DNA of 64,000 nucleotides, taken from assembly GCA_017654855.1 (NCBI GenBank), contig CM030337.1, forward strand, positions 1,302,001 through 1,366,000, given 5' to 3'. Within the stretch, counting starts at the first letter, position 1. Each line of letters begins with the position of its first letter. Below, piece by piece: positions 1-12,765 of the stretch. The notes under the pieces were generated by a model that did not search any database, was not told where the DNA came from, and saw nothing but the letters and a program-made list of their open reading frames with translations. The translations under genes were made by a program, and so were the position numbers. This DNA comes from Podospora anserina (lineage: Eukaryota).

Positions 1-80
1 GCGCTTGGATATCCCGGTGGTCCTCTGATTTATTCAAAAGTTTGCAGGCTTGGGAGACCAAGGAGCTCTCGACTGAAGCC

Positions 81-1704
81 ATGGATGCCTTTGTGACCAG
101 GCGGCCACAGAAACGCAAAACAAGCGACGACTTTGCCGTGGAATCGCATGAAGAATCGACAGACATCAAACTGGCGATTCTAGCTTCCCTTCATCCTGAT
201 ATCGAACAAGAAATGCTTCTTGATATTCTTTTAGCGCACGACGGCGATGTCCAGGCCACATCCAACACCCTCAAATCACCATCTACCCCCCGATCTGTCA
301 AAAAGACTGCCAACAACAGAATAGCAGGACAAACATCCCTACGAGCCTTCGCTATCGACCCATCATCCGGCGAGCCATCCCCAAAGAAACCCAAAATTCT
401 CTCCAAAAAAGGCCAAACACTACACCTCTACGACCCGCAAGACATAAGCGAGCACACCCCCTGCACCATAATCCACAACTTCCTCCCCGCCCACGAAGCC
501 AACGAGCTTCTATCCGAACTCCTCGAAGAGTCCAAAACATTCCAAAAGGCATCCTTCAAACTATTTGACAACATCGTCTCCAGCCCCCACACCTCGGGGT
601 TTTACGTTGGCAGTCAGAAGGAACTGCAAGAGCAGAAGGATGACTACCACTATAACGGTGGCAGGATCAGCGTAGGTTTCTGCTCTCATTTCCCCGGCTC
701 CGCTACTTTCATAGATTCTTACAGGATTGTACAGGATGTCCGCACCCTGACACCAAAACTAGAAGCTGTACGGGGGCGAGTGCAAGAAACAGTCAATTCG
801 GCAATTGAAGAGCACATTCGCACTCATCACGGTGGTCAGAAGCCAAGACATCAGCCTTCTGAGCCTTGGTGTGCGAATGTAGCTTTTGTGAATTGTTACA
901 ATGGGCCGCAGGAGAGCGTTGGTTGGGTACGTCTGTTTTCGTTCCATTTCTCTCCACATCTTATGTCCACACCACAACCCCTGAGCGTTTCCCTGCCAAC
1001 CACACCCCCTTATTCTCACTACTTGTCCCCTTCACCAACAACCCTCCATTTTATTTTAGACATATGCTAATGGTTAACAGCACACCGACCAACTAACCTA
1101 CCTCGGCCCCCGCCCCACAATTGCATCCCTTTCCCTAGGCGTAACCCGCGAGTTCCGCCTCCGTCGCATATCTTCTTTTCTGCCCTCTTCCACATCTGAC
1201 AATCCTGATCCAAACCTCCAAGGCCAGGTCTCGCTCCCCCTTCCCCACAACTCCTTGTTGATCATGCACTCCACCACCCAAGAGGAATGGAAACACTCCG
1301 TGTCACCTTCCCCAACCCTAACCCCGCACCCTGTGTCGGGCAATATCAGGATCAACATCACCTACCGCCACTATCGCTCTGCTTTTCACCCGAAATATAC
1401 ACCAAAGTGTCACTGCGGTGTGCCGGGGGTGTTGAGGGTGGTGACGAATGACACCAAGCAAGCAAACGGTGAGAGGGAGAGGAAGGAGAATCGGGGGAGG
1501 TATTTCTACATGTAAGCCCGCCTTTCCCCCTAACGTTCTTTGGCCTCCCCAAGGTGATGTGCTGATAAAACTGATCTAAGGTGCCACGCGGGTAACGTAC
1601 CCGACCCTACAAAAAAGAAGTGCGGGTGGTTTTTGTGGGGCGATTTCGACCAAGATGGAAATCCGAGGGGTCTGAATATGGCCAATCAGAGCAAGCCGAG
1701 GTGA
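81..1704 (+). CDS. CUE-domain / AlkB-family 2OG-Fe(II) dioxygenase / GRF zinc-finger protein (4 exons)
   Basis: N-terminal CUE-like segment (IKLAILASLHPDIEQEMLLDILLAHDGDVQAT). GT-AG introns at 672-734, 927-1080 and 1512-1580. Splicing yields the AlkB motifs NCYNGPQESVGW|HTDQLTYLGPRPTIASLSLG, EWKHSV and RINITYR, and a GRF-type finger PKCHCG...GRYFYM|CHAG...CGWFLW. Stop TGA at 1702-1704. Confidence 0.88.
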
Positions 1705-2669
1705 TGTCCGCCAGGGACCTCGGATCACCAACTGCCAATATTTCATGTGTGGGAGGATCTTGACAATCGACGAATGAAAAATGAGAGGGAGAGATGCCCG
1801 GTTTCTTGTGTGACGGATTCGATATTCGGTTTTGTAGAAGAACAAAACTGCGCCAATCGGAGATGGGGCCGGTCGGGGTGAGGTCCGTATGCTACAAGTC
1901 TTGTGGACTCTCCCCTCATGTCCAGATTTGAATTGTAGGGATGAACAATCAACACATGAGATGAAGCCACGACCGGTGTGATGGGGGGATTCAATTTATG
2001 AAAAGGTTGTCCAATAAAAACTGGTCCGGTTAATGTCCGGGTGTTGATCTCTCCCAAAGCACCCGGTATGAAAAGCTCATTTTACCATTTCTTGCCCACC
2101 ACGAGCGGCCGGTGTGACATCATAACTGTTCATGTTCCAACGGCGCATGCTCCGTAAACTGATGAAGTTCCCATTGCGGATACCCGAATCGCCAATCAAA
2201 TGACGCCGGTGAGAGGCCCATAGTGTAGACTCATATTCCGACGGCGTAAACTCCGTACATTGATATGTCAATACTCGCGAATCAGAAGCAGCCGGGGTGA
2301 CACCCGTAGAGTTCCTATTCGGTAGTCTGTAAAAGTGGTACAAAAGGCCTGATTTATGAATGCTCACCGATTACAGCAGCCCGGGGAAAGATCCGTATTC
2401 CCCTGTCTTCTTTTCTCGTATTAGAACAACCATGGCTACCCACTTTGATGGAGTAGATACCTAGCCAAACTAGCAAATTACGCGAGAAATGAGGAATGGT
2501 CTGTACAAGCACACGAGTCAATGTGCTTATTATACATGTAATTCCGCATGTACATACTGTAAACACAAACAATTATTCCTTGTAGCTAATGCGCCCTCGA
2601 CATGGTTTAGATTTCGGCAACAGCCCATTTCGCCTGCCTCCTAAAGTCATGGAGAACCCTCTGTGAACA

Positions 2670-4675
2670 TCAAATGACAAGCACATCCTCCTTATCCGAT
2701 TCTCTAATTTCGGCCGGAAACAAAGGTCTTATATCCCCTCTCGCCTGCCAAAAGCGCCCGATCCGCACAGCTTCGCCCGAAGCATTCTGCCTGATCACCA
2801 ATCCAAGATCAAGCACTTGGTCCGGATTTTCATCCGCGTTCCTCGCCAGAAGTAAGCAGCAAAGCCCTTCTTGTTGCCCCGTGATGATGCCTAAGGGACG
2901 CTTCGAATCCTCCACCGTATCCGCCGCCCAAGAGGCAACCGCATGATCCCCTCCTCTATCCCTATCAACTAAACCACCCCCAGAGCCATCTCGACGGCGC
3001 ACAACCCGCTTCACAGCCCCCCGCAAACGCACATACCCCCTCCCCTTCTCATCCATTCCCGTCTCGACAACTTTTCCAATCCACTCAGGAAGAAGATCCT
3101 CCCCGCTAGGTCCAACGCGAGGCATCAAACCCATCTCCTCAAAAACCCTCCCTTCCAAGCCCGCCCATGACCACGTCGGCGCCAAATACTCCCTCGTGTG
3201 CGGCCGATCACTAGGTGCATCAGTGAACCACAAAAGTTCATCAAGCAGCTTGTCCTCCCACATCCCCCAGAGGTTCTTCCATGATGTCAGCCTCTCGATC
3301 CGCTGAATAAGACTCGACACGGCAACAAGGCGGTCGTCAAAATACGTTAGTTGACAACCAGTATAGGCCGCCCGGACAGCGCGCCACGCTGAAAACAGCG
3401 CAGTGGATGAGTCTCCCCCAGAGGAGGAGGAGGAAGGGGCTCGAAAGCATTCCCTCAAGAAATCCGCCTTTGGAGAAAACCGACCAACCTCCCCCCAGGG
3501 CTTGCTCTCCGTCGCCAAGCACTCTACACACTCCCAAGCCAAACCCCAGGCGCCGTAGTACACCGTCCTGGGTCCCAAAATCCGCTCCTGCAGAACCCAC
3601 GCGCGTGCAGCGGTAAAGGGGAGCGGTCAATCTGCAAAATCGTGTCAAGACGCTGGTGGCAATCAACGTGAAGCCCGTGAGGGAGATGGCAGATTCGAAA
3701 AGCGAGCGGGTTCCGCGGCGTGGTCTCTTTGCCGTCGGGGCTCTTCTCTGCAAAGCACCCCTGGACGGAGGAGAGGGCCGTCAAGGCGGAGATGGTGCAG
3801 ACGGAATTCGCGTATATGTCGCCCATGATCTTGGATTCGTCGCGCCAGTCGGCTTTGGAGTCTTGGATGATGCAGAGGGAGTTGATCCAGATGTGTGTGT
3901 GGCCTAGCTGGCGCGTGACTCTTGCTGCCTCGCGGAAGGTTGGAGGAAGTTGGTTGAATGGGATCTGGTGTTGGAAGTCGGCGAGGTTGTCCAGGAGGAG
4001 TCGGAGGATTTTGGCCGCTCCCCAGCAGTGGGAAAGGGTGAGGTAGGGCGGTTTTGATTTGCTGAAGTTTTCTGTGAGGACGAGTCGTAGATTTAGGTTC
4101 TCATCTCCGGTGACTTGAATGAGCCGTGTCGGGTAGCCGTGGTTAGGGGTGGCGAGATTTGCCGCAAGAGCACAATCTTTATGACTTGTGACGCATTGCC
4201 TAAGCCATTCTCTTGCCAGAGCGGCCGAGACATCGTGGGAGAGAGACTTGGACAATCGTGCATTTCTGTAAATGCTGGGGTCTGGAAACATAAAAGGCGA
4301 AGCGGGCTCGGGCGGATTGTCAAGCCGTCCTTCCAAATTCCTAAAGACAGAAAGCTCCCCCATTATCTTTTCTCGAGTTTCCCCCGGATCGAGAATCCCG
4401 ACTTTTAGCCAGGCCCCTCCTGATCGTGAGACGAAGAGGTTAACCTGTACACTTCCAGAACCAATGTCGCTGCCTCTCAACACCCCAAAAAGCAGAGAAC
4501 AGAGATGGCACCCTGATAGCGACGAAAGCTTGAGCTCAGAGAGGGAGGCATATGACCGAAAATTCTCGGTGCCCTTTTTCAGCGTCGGCAGGAGATCTGA
4601 GTTGGAAGCTGCGCTGTGGCAGGCTGTACACAAGACATGTTCTTCTGCCAGATCCGGAGATCGAGTAGCAGACAT
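2670..4675 (-). pseudogene. HET-domain (heterokaryon incompatibility family) gene with one frameshift
   Basis: HET motifs PTRLI, YLTLSHCWG, LPPTFREA and WINSLCIIQD..DW..E...MGDIY lie in ORF 3524-4786. WVLQERILGPR, YTGCQLT..DDRLVA and APTWSWA continue in a different frame (ORF 2670-3578). The break is in CTG CAC GCG CG TGG GTT CTG CAG at about 3598-3606. Confidence 0.8.
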
Positions 4676-5007
4676 AGCATCCTGATGAGATTCCAAGCTC
4701 GAGGATGCAGGCGATTGACGAGAAACCGCCAAGCTATTGTGAACCGAGTTGGCTATCAGAGGGTTTGTCTTGCCGGATTCCTGCACCGGACCCAGCTCCG
4801 TCGTTACTGGTGGTTGAGAGCGAAAGCATGGGAAGCACCTGGGACGGGAAAGGGAGCTAGCTTAGCGGTCGACGGGCAGGTTCAAGGTGTAGGGAGAACG
4901 AACCCAAAACAACTCGAAAGTCTTGCCATATCAGGGGCATGATGCCATCACTACCTCCCATACACACGGAGATAAGATTTTTAGAGGTGGTTGAGCAGAA
5001 ATGTTTC

Positions 5008-5040
5008 GGTTGGGTAGCTGGTTGGGTAGCTGGTTGGGTA
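5008..5040. repeat. 12-bp tandem repeat (GGTTGGGTAGCT, about 2.8 copies) in the divergent spacer between the two HET genes
   Basis: Read directly from the sequence. Confidence 0.8.
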
Positions 5041-5132
5041 CCCATCATAGCCTGGCGCGCTCCACCTTGCTATCCAACGCCTTGAAACCTACCCGGCAAC
5101 AAACTGTCATCACAGTTCACCTTCCCAATATA

Positions 5133-6787
5133 ATGACCGACAATGCCATCAATCTCCGCCACGAGTGCAAAAACGCTGATTTTGTTAAAATCTTGAATAG
5201 TGACGCGTTGCGACCGTTGATTCACAGAGGGCGAAACCCTGAATGCACACTCTGCACCTTTTTACAACAGACCGTGGTGCTTTCTGGCATCAAGCGTCAT
5301 GGAACGTCGCTTGAGCTCGAAATCAGGCGGAACCACGAAGAGATCGCGGGAGAGCTCTGGTCCCTTGATCTGGTGCTTCATTCGTCCTGCATCATCTCAC
5401 GATGTCCAATCACTGCCATTCGCCCGCCCCCCCAAGGACGATAAATATCACAGCGGAGACTCCCCGTCTCGCATGATGTATCCCCGCACCATCGAATCAG
5501 ACAGGATCGACTACGACATCTTTGCGTAGATGGATATCCGACTGCGAACAGCAGCATTCACTCCAGGGTTCAAAATGCCGCGAGGCCGCCCCCTTTCATC
5601 TCGACAGCTCCCGCGTGGTTGACTGCGCAGGTGCGGAGCCAACCCTCATTGCGTACCCCCTTGTGGGCCAAAGAGAGCAGGAATATGCAGTGCTGAGCTA
5701 TGTCTAGGGAGCAGGAACCCCCTGGGCAACTCGCGGCTGGACCTACCCGGAAGGTGTCCTGTCCAAGCGCCGGCTCGTGTTTACCAAACATCAAGTCATC
5801 TTTCAGTGCCAGAAAACGCAGTTTCTGGAGGTTCTCTACCCCTAATCGAGGGAACTCCCAATGCCTTTTTTGAAAGACGTGTTTCCCTTCGCCTGGAGGG
5901 ACAAGAGCCCACTTGAAGTGTTGGGAGACCATATCGAGCAATATGTCGCCCGGAATTTCACGGCATCGACCGACGGCCTAGACGCTCTCAGGGGTGTTCT
6001 ACAGCGATACAAGGCAGACGAGGATCCCCCCCCCCCCCTACTAGGTCTTTGTGGGGCGCCCGTCTCTCCTCGACGAGTGGCACCATCCCGTTGGCATGGC
6101 CATGCCCGACAACTTCACGCTTGTCGCGGCTTTGTCGTGGACGATCGCGGAAGAGCACGGGGTTACACGCCGTCCTGGAGGCTTCCCGAGTTGGACTTGG
6201 CTTGGGTGGAAGACGGGGAAGAGGACGAGCTTGTATCTCTTATCGGTTCGACTTGATTCGGCCGCGTCATGTTGCCCAACTGCCACTTGATCAAAAGCGG
6301 TTGTCAGATTTCAGAAGGACAACAGTAGTACTAGTGCCTGGGTTTGGTATTCAGCGGTTGGGAAACGAAAAAGAGATTTTGTCTCAGATCAGAACATGAA
6401 AAAATCTCGAGACTGGAGATTCCGGGTTGGCGGCTCGACATCACGGTCCGGGTCAAGTATGGAGACAGGTTGAGTATTGTTTCGTCCCAGGTTTTTTGAG
6501 GGGTTATTTTTTCACTCAGCACGGACATTGGATGTCATGGAGCCTCACACCTTTTCAACGAGGATGGCATCGGTACCTTCACTTGTCTTCTCCTTTACCC
6601 GACAAGAGGTGATGATAACGAGTGGGAGTTCTACCTCTTGCTCCTCAAGCCACTACCGGAAGCTGATCATTTTGAACGGTCGGATCGTATCTGGGCCGAG
6701 TCGTGGGAGGAGTTCCTTCAAATTGACGAGGAAACGGCAGAAATCGGGAAGCTGCCCCTGAAACGGGACAAGATCATGTCGATGTGA
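5133..6787 (+). pseudogene. Degenerate HET-domain gene (frameshifts, stops, internal deletion)
   Basis: Collinear HET-family fragments IDYDI/LRRWISDCEQQH, YAVLSYV*G (TAG 5705-5707), PWATRGWTYPEGVLSKRRLVFT..QVIFQC, TAA 5843-5845, YVARNFT..TDGLDALRGVL, and FPSWTWLGW. Frameshifts near 5521 and at or just after the C13 run 6026-6038. The HET core between LSYVWG and TRGWT is missing. Confidence 0.8.
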
Positions 6788-7099
6788 GAATTTTGCAACT
6801 TACACCAGGTCTGTCGCGCAGTGTTATAAGTAAAGGCAGTCTGAGACCATGATTGGACAATTAGATATAGAATTGAGATACAGAGTTTGGGCAGACATCG
6901 AGGCTGAAAAGATAATAGCAATGGGCAAAAATCTAGGGAAATGCCGCTCCCAAAAAGGCATGTCTCGCATATCCTCTATCCACTACCTCTCACGGAGTGG
7001 TTCCAATCAAACCATAGAAGGCACAAACACAACCCTCCTATTCATATCAGAACTAACATATTCCTCAACTTCTAACACAAACCCCACTCACTCACTCAC

Positions 7100-9886
7100 T
7101 CACTGCCACCACCCCGACCAACCCCCCCACCCCCGTTCCTTATCCTTCTCCTTCTCCTTCTCCTTCTTACTCACCCTCCTCCCCATCCCGCCATTCCCAC
7201 CACCGCTCTCAATACCCCTCACAATACTCCCAAAAATCTTCTCCCCTCCCAGTCCTCCAGAAGTAGACGGCCTCCCCCCGCTCCCTCTACTCTCCCTACT
7301 ATCCCTACTATCCCTACTATCCCTACTATCCCTACTATCCCTACTATCCCTACTATCCCTACTATCCCTCCCCCTATCTCCCCTCCCCTCCTTCCCATTA
7401 GACCCATCACCCCCCAATGACCTCCTCCTTCCCAACAAAGACTGATAAGACTGATACGACGGCCTCTCCCTCTCCTCACTGTTACCACCCGAACTTGTAC
7501 TTCCCACACTATCCCTCGGTACTTCCCCCACCTCCTGAATCAACATCGGCGTGATCTGCGGCGACGCAACACCACCACCACCACCACCACCACCACTCAT
7601 CTTCAAACTGCTCGGCAACCCCCTCACTTTACTCGACCGATACGTAGTCCGATTAGTACTTGTAGTAGCAGGCGTAGCCATTGATATCGAAGACGGGGTT
7701 TCCTGAGCTACTACCCCATCATCATTCCCACCAGTATCACTACCGCCCGAAGTCCGGGGCGACTCAGGCCAAGACTCTATCTTGATCATCTGTGCAATAT
7801 CCTTGGTGTCACTCCTCAAATGTCTCTGTTGCGGCTGTTGCACTTCCTGTTGTGCCTGAGATTGGTCAACAGGCACCTGCCTCAAACTCGTCTGCCGTTT
7901 TGGTATAGTAGGTGGTACAGGAGGCGCCATACTTGTCGGCGGAGTAGAACCCAAAGCAGGAATGTCCTGCTGCTGTCGAGGGCGCACCATCTCCTCGCTG
8001 TGCGAATCCTCCCTCGTATGATCCTCGCTAAATCGACCATGGTCATGATCCTCCTCTCCACTCTCCTCAGGACTAACCAGAATTGGCGTTAACCTCCCTC
8101 CGGTCAAAATACCCAAGGGGCCCAGTAGCGGCGGCGAAATAGCTCGCTTTCTTGCCGTCAACGGTTTTGAGCTGATAATCCTTTGCATCACCTCGTTTGC
8201 GCTCTGCACTCCCCAGTGCGAAGCAATAATCTTAAATATCGGATTCGGCTGCGGAGCCCGGGGTCGTGGAGACCATGGCGAAGATGAGTTGTGACGTTTG
8301 ATTACTGCCACGGCAGTAGTTTGAATTGATGTCTGGACGTTAGCGATGCCGTCACTGGAGCCTTTTTTCATGGTCATATTTCGCGTTTGTTGTTGTTGCT
8401 GCTGAGGAAATCCAGAGTGTCGATATGTTACACGGACCCGGAGATACTCTGTCATGGTGCTACCAAGGTGGTGCTCGAGGTCTTCTATGAGATCGTCAGA
8501 GCTTTGATGAGCCTTACGGCGAAGACGATGTGCATTCGCCGATGGTAGCAGGCGAACATGAGCTACAACGAGCAAGCGTGATCCAGGGTACAGTGTGCTT
8601 CTGTCGGCCAAGTTAGCAGCTCAAAAGCCCAAAAAGGAACCCTCCAATCCTCACATTGCGCAAGCCTTATCATCCACAACCTCAATAATCGAACTCCTAC
8701 TCGTCGGCAGTATCTCCAACGAAACATCATACAAACACCCATACCGAAACAAATCTTGATCTCAAAGTTAGCCACCCGCCCCCCAAAATCTCTCCATTCT
8801 GTCCAACTCACCCGCCGGCGAAGGCTCATGCCCATGCTCCCCAACCAACCCACAACCCCCCAACTGATCCGGCACATTTGCCCTCGAAATCTGCGTCGAA
8901 AGCTGCACCGCCGCCCATAAACTCACCGCCCCCTCATCCAAAGCCTTGTGCTCCGGTGTCACCACAATCCTCGGAACCAAGACCAACGGATCCGGTGCCG
9001 CCCCTACCCCATCGGGCGAATTCCTCGCGCTATCCGGCTCGGGCGGCATCGGAGACCTCGGCGGCTCAACAATGCTATCCATGCCATTCATCCCATCCGC
9101 CGTTCTCGCCAACTGAAACAGACTTCTCGCGTTGCGCAAACGGTGCCCGTCAGACGCCGTCGGCACGACAGGTGTTGTGTCTCGCCAACCATGCTCTTGA
9201 TCCTGATCCGCACTCCCATCCAAAACCTGTCCCCGTCTTCGAAAGCTCCTGCTACTCGCCAAGTAGAAAGCCCGGGTTAACGGAGGGGATCGTGCCCGGG
9301 GGTGTCGTCCGGCATTGCAAGAGGTGGATCGCCGCTGTGTTGACTTGGGCGGTATGGTTGGCGCGATGTTTCCTACATCTGATAAGTGTAAGTGTGGTAC
9401 CCTCTCACCACAACCAAGTGGCAAAGACCCACCATTTGGCCTCAAAGCACTCCTGAACTGGCAAGAACCATCAGGCGTAGGAGGATTCGTCGATTGCGCG
9501 CTGGGATTGCCCCTTCGTTTGGCAATCGTCAACGGGACATGAGCCTCAGGAAGCTCAGGTAGGCTCTCGAAGCTCGCATCGGTTGCATCGCTCTGCGTGC
9601 TCGACCTCCGCGAGTGACCATACGTTCGACTCCCGCTATACTCGGACGATTGCTTGCGTATATGTAACGGCTCAGGTACTTGACCCCAACCAAGATCGCG
9701 CGCCGGTGGTAGGCAATGCAGTTCTCTATCAGCCATGGTGGATGGTTGACCACAGACAGCAACCATTACCGCCTTATCGCTTTTCCTGAAACGTTTGTAT
9801 AGTCGATCAACGGTTTGTCGAGTCAGGTCCGTACAGCTCTCGGGATGCGCGTAGCAAACAATGCTGGTTGATCTCTTGCGAAACAA
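7100..9886 (-). CDS. Uncharacterised low-complexity fungal protein (3 exons; start codon uncertain)
   Basis: Long ORFs 8768-9886 and 7100-8611 are joined through a small exon (DLFRYGCLYDVSLEILPT...) by two introns. These have GTGAGT/GTGAGG donors, GCTAAC branch points and AG acceptors (about 8755-8811 and 8601-8654). Confidence 0.7.
7293..7369. repeat. 9-bp coding minisatellite (TCCCTACTA)x8 encoding (RDS)8 on the minus strand
   Basis: Read directly from the sequence and the translation. Confidence 0.95.
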
Positions 9887-10321
9887 CCAGGAAGAACCAC
9901 GTATTCAAAACGCCTTGGCCACGGGTTTGACAAGTCTGAAACAGTCGGGAGAAGAAGAAAAAGATGGGGTGTTGAAGTATTATGAGCAGTTTATCTACCA
10001 TTAAACATGCCGGCAAAGCAATGTCGGTACCATGTTAAAGTGTCGTTATTTTTTCCAAAAGTTGAACCAAGAAACAGAATAGGCAGCAAGAAAAGACAGG
10101 CAACCTGGACCCTCCCCGTTTCAGCAATTAGGTCACCCCCCCCTTCCCCAAGAGCAGCAAGCGCAACCCATCCCATCAGATGAATTCCCGGCCCGTCACT
10201 CTCTGGCAGTTGATAGCGCTCAAAGTCGGCATCATGCAAACCAAGCAGGAACTTCCCTGACAAGGGCAAGGCACGGTCCGCCCCAACCCACCGTTCCAAC
10301 CTTCGGGTCCCTCACCCGGCG

Positions 10322-11498
10322 TTAAACCACGGCGCCAAGCGTTCTCAGGAGATTCTGCTTGACCCCCTCAACCTCAGCCTCGTCCATCGGCAAGAAATTG
10401 ATTACCTCATCCGGCCCCCCAGCTCCCCCAAACAGCACACTTTCCGACAAACTCGCCGCAATCCCCCTCTTCACCCTCCTCTCCCAAACCCCTTCCCAAT
10501 TCCACTCCTCCGGTCTCCTGCTGCTCATGGGCGTAGCCGGCACAGCCAAACTCCCAGAACTAGTCCTAGCATCAACCACGCTCCCCCTCCCATCATCACT
10601 CACCACCGTCTCCGCCTTTTCCACCACCTCCCCTTCCCCCTCCCCCTCCTTCCTCTCCTTCTCCCTCTGCTCCCTCTCCCTTTCCCTTTCCTCCTTCTCC
10701 TTCTGCATCCGTCTATGCGTCCTCCAAGCATGCCAAGCCCCCGGATTCCCCGCCGCCTCAAGCGGCACCCCATCCAACACCTTCTCATCATCAAACGTAC
10801 TCCTAATATACCTCAACACCTCCCACGTGCTAACCTTCCTCTCCCCCCGTCCCCTTTTCCCTTTCCCACCCACAACAAACGCACCCCCCATCCCATCTCC
10901 CCCCTCCCGCTCGGCAAACCACTCCGGAAACCCATGCGACAGTCCAAAACCCCCAGGAGGCAGCCTCACACCCCCCTTCTTCCCGCTCTCCTCACCGACG
11001 TACGTCGTCAGCGGGCTGATCAACGGGTGGAAAATGTCCGTCGAGAACGTCACCAGCGGTGCAGAGTCAGGGTAATCATCCGGGAAAGAGATCTGAAACC
11101 GCAAGATAGCCGTGGCGTAAGGCCCTTTCCTGACAAAAAGAACGCCCGACCAGAGGGTGGGGTAGTCGGGGCTGTGGGGGGATGGGGGCAGGGAGACGAT
11201 TATCCCCGGGGGTGGGGAGTGTTTGAGGGCGGTGCTATGTATCGTCGTCAGCTTCTGATGGTGTAAGGGAGAAAATTTTGACAGCAGGGAACAGCACATA
11301 CAATTCAGCAATGAGGTTCGCCCTCTTGATCGCCGGCAGGGAGGTGAGACGTTTCCTGGTGGATTCGACCGTGTGCTCCGACCCAACCACAATCGTGGGC
11401 GAAGGGGCGATGCTGATGATGCCCGCACCGCTGCTGAGGTTGGTGCTGGAGTTGGCGGGGGAAAAGAAGGATGATGAGGATGACCTAGGGGAAGCCAT
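10322..11498 (-). CDS. AKTIP/FTS/crossbronx-like ubiquitin-conjugating enzyme variant (UEV)
   Basis: Intron 11235-11301 (GTATGT...GCTGAC...TAG) joins LIAE|FTALKHSPPPGI..WSGVLFVRKGPYATAILRFQISFPDDYP..APLVTF.TDIFHPLI. This is a UBC-fold start with no catalytic Cys after the HP motif, typical of AKTIP-like proteins. Confidence 0.78.
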
Positions 11499-12765
11499 TT
11501 TGCGTACTGTAGGATGTACCGAGATGTCGTGGAGCAAAACTCAGTGATGGCTGATTATTATGCCAACTCTCTGCCGCGGTGATAGATCAATCTGGGTTTG
11601 TTGAGTGAGCGAGAGTGAGTTGTGAGTGTGAACCTGAGTCAAAGTCGGTGAGACCGCCTCCCCTGCAAACCAAAGGAAACGAGCGACGACGATGAGCAGC
11701 CTTGCTATCTCAGGAGGGCCAGTTCCTAGGATGAGAGAGAGTGAAACAGGAAAAAGATGGTATATTTTAGGAGAAGTTCGACGATGAGAATCAACACCCA
11801 TCCAAGCGATGACATGTCGTCGTCCACAACCCATCAAGGTTCAAGGGTCCATCCAGTTCATGCCAAATCCCTTGGCGCCAAGCATCCAACACCACGCCCC
11901 CACCCCCATAATTCAGGGTTAGGGTCTCTTAAAATTTCCCCGAAATACTCCGCATTCCCTGCCAAAATGAATTATCATGAAATATGGCATCCATCCAAAA
12001 TCAGAAACCACCTCACCGCCCAGCCCACCACCAACAACCCAACCCAGCCCTACCATACCGAAACTTCTCAATCAAGCCTAGCCAAGCTGACATGCCAAGC
12101 CCTCAAGGACCCCGAATAATGGCCTGAGTTTCAGTTGTAGATCGTCTGAGCATATCTTTGACTGGTCCTAGAGAAGAAGCCATCACATCCATTCAAGCAG
12201 CGTTCGTCAGCAGCAAAGCCCCAACCAAGCCCTTGGGACCGGACCTACTAAAAGATGTCAAAAGAGGCAAAACGTGGTAAAAAGTACATTGCATAATCAC
12301 TAATTCCAAACCCAAGGCAGCATTGGCCTCTATGAGAACTGTTTCTGCTCAGCAACAAAAAAAGTACATAATGAAAAATCCCAACCAACCATACTGACAA
12401 AAGTCCCCTCCCCTCCCCTCCCCCCCCCCCTTCCAAATGAGAAAAAAATAATCAATGATTTGCTGTCCTCATCTTAACGCTTTTTATTGGGTAGAAAAAC
12501 GAACCCTATCGCCCCCCTCCCCAACGGCAGCCCTTCTCCGAGTCTGCCCTATGAATTTCCTCCTCCCACCCCCATCCTCATCCTTTTCGGGCCACCCGCA
12601 GGACCGATCAAGACTTGGATCCCCCAGAAAGGTTGACCGGTGTGCTCTCCGCTCCCACTTCATCAAACCTTAACCCCCCGGTAGCCGTCCGTTTCCCCGA
12701 AGACCCAAAACCTTCCCGTAACCCATCACATATCCCCTCGGCACTCAATCCTCGACCCCCACGCT

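Noticed and set aside
2077-2367. Possible third HET-associated relic on the minus strand
   Set aside because: Only vague resemblance; no diagnostic motif.
5705-5707. TAG at the Trp of SYVWG as an A-to-I editing site
   Set aside because: The gene also has a TAA, several frameshifts and a core deletion, so editing could not rescue it.
6849-11266. Long antisense ORFs (e.g. 6849-7445, 8878-9456, 10359-11075)
   Set aside because: Shadow frames of real minus-strand genes with purine-skewed codon usage.
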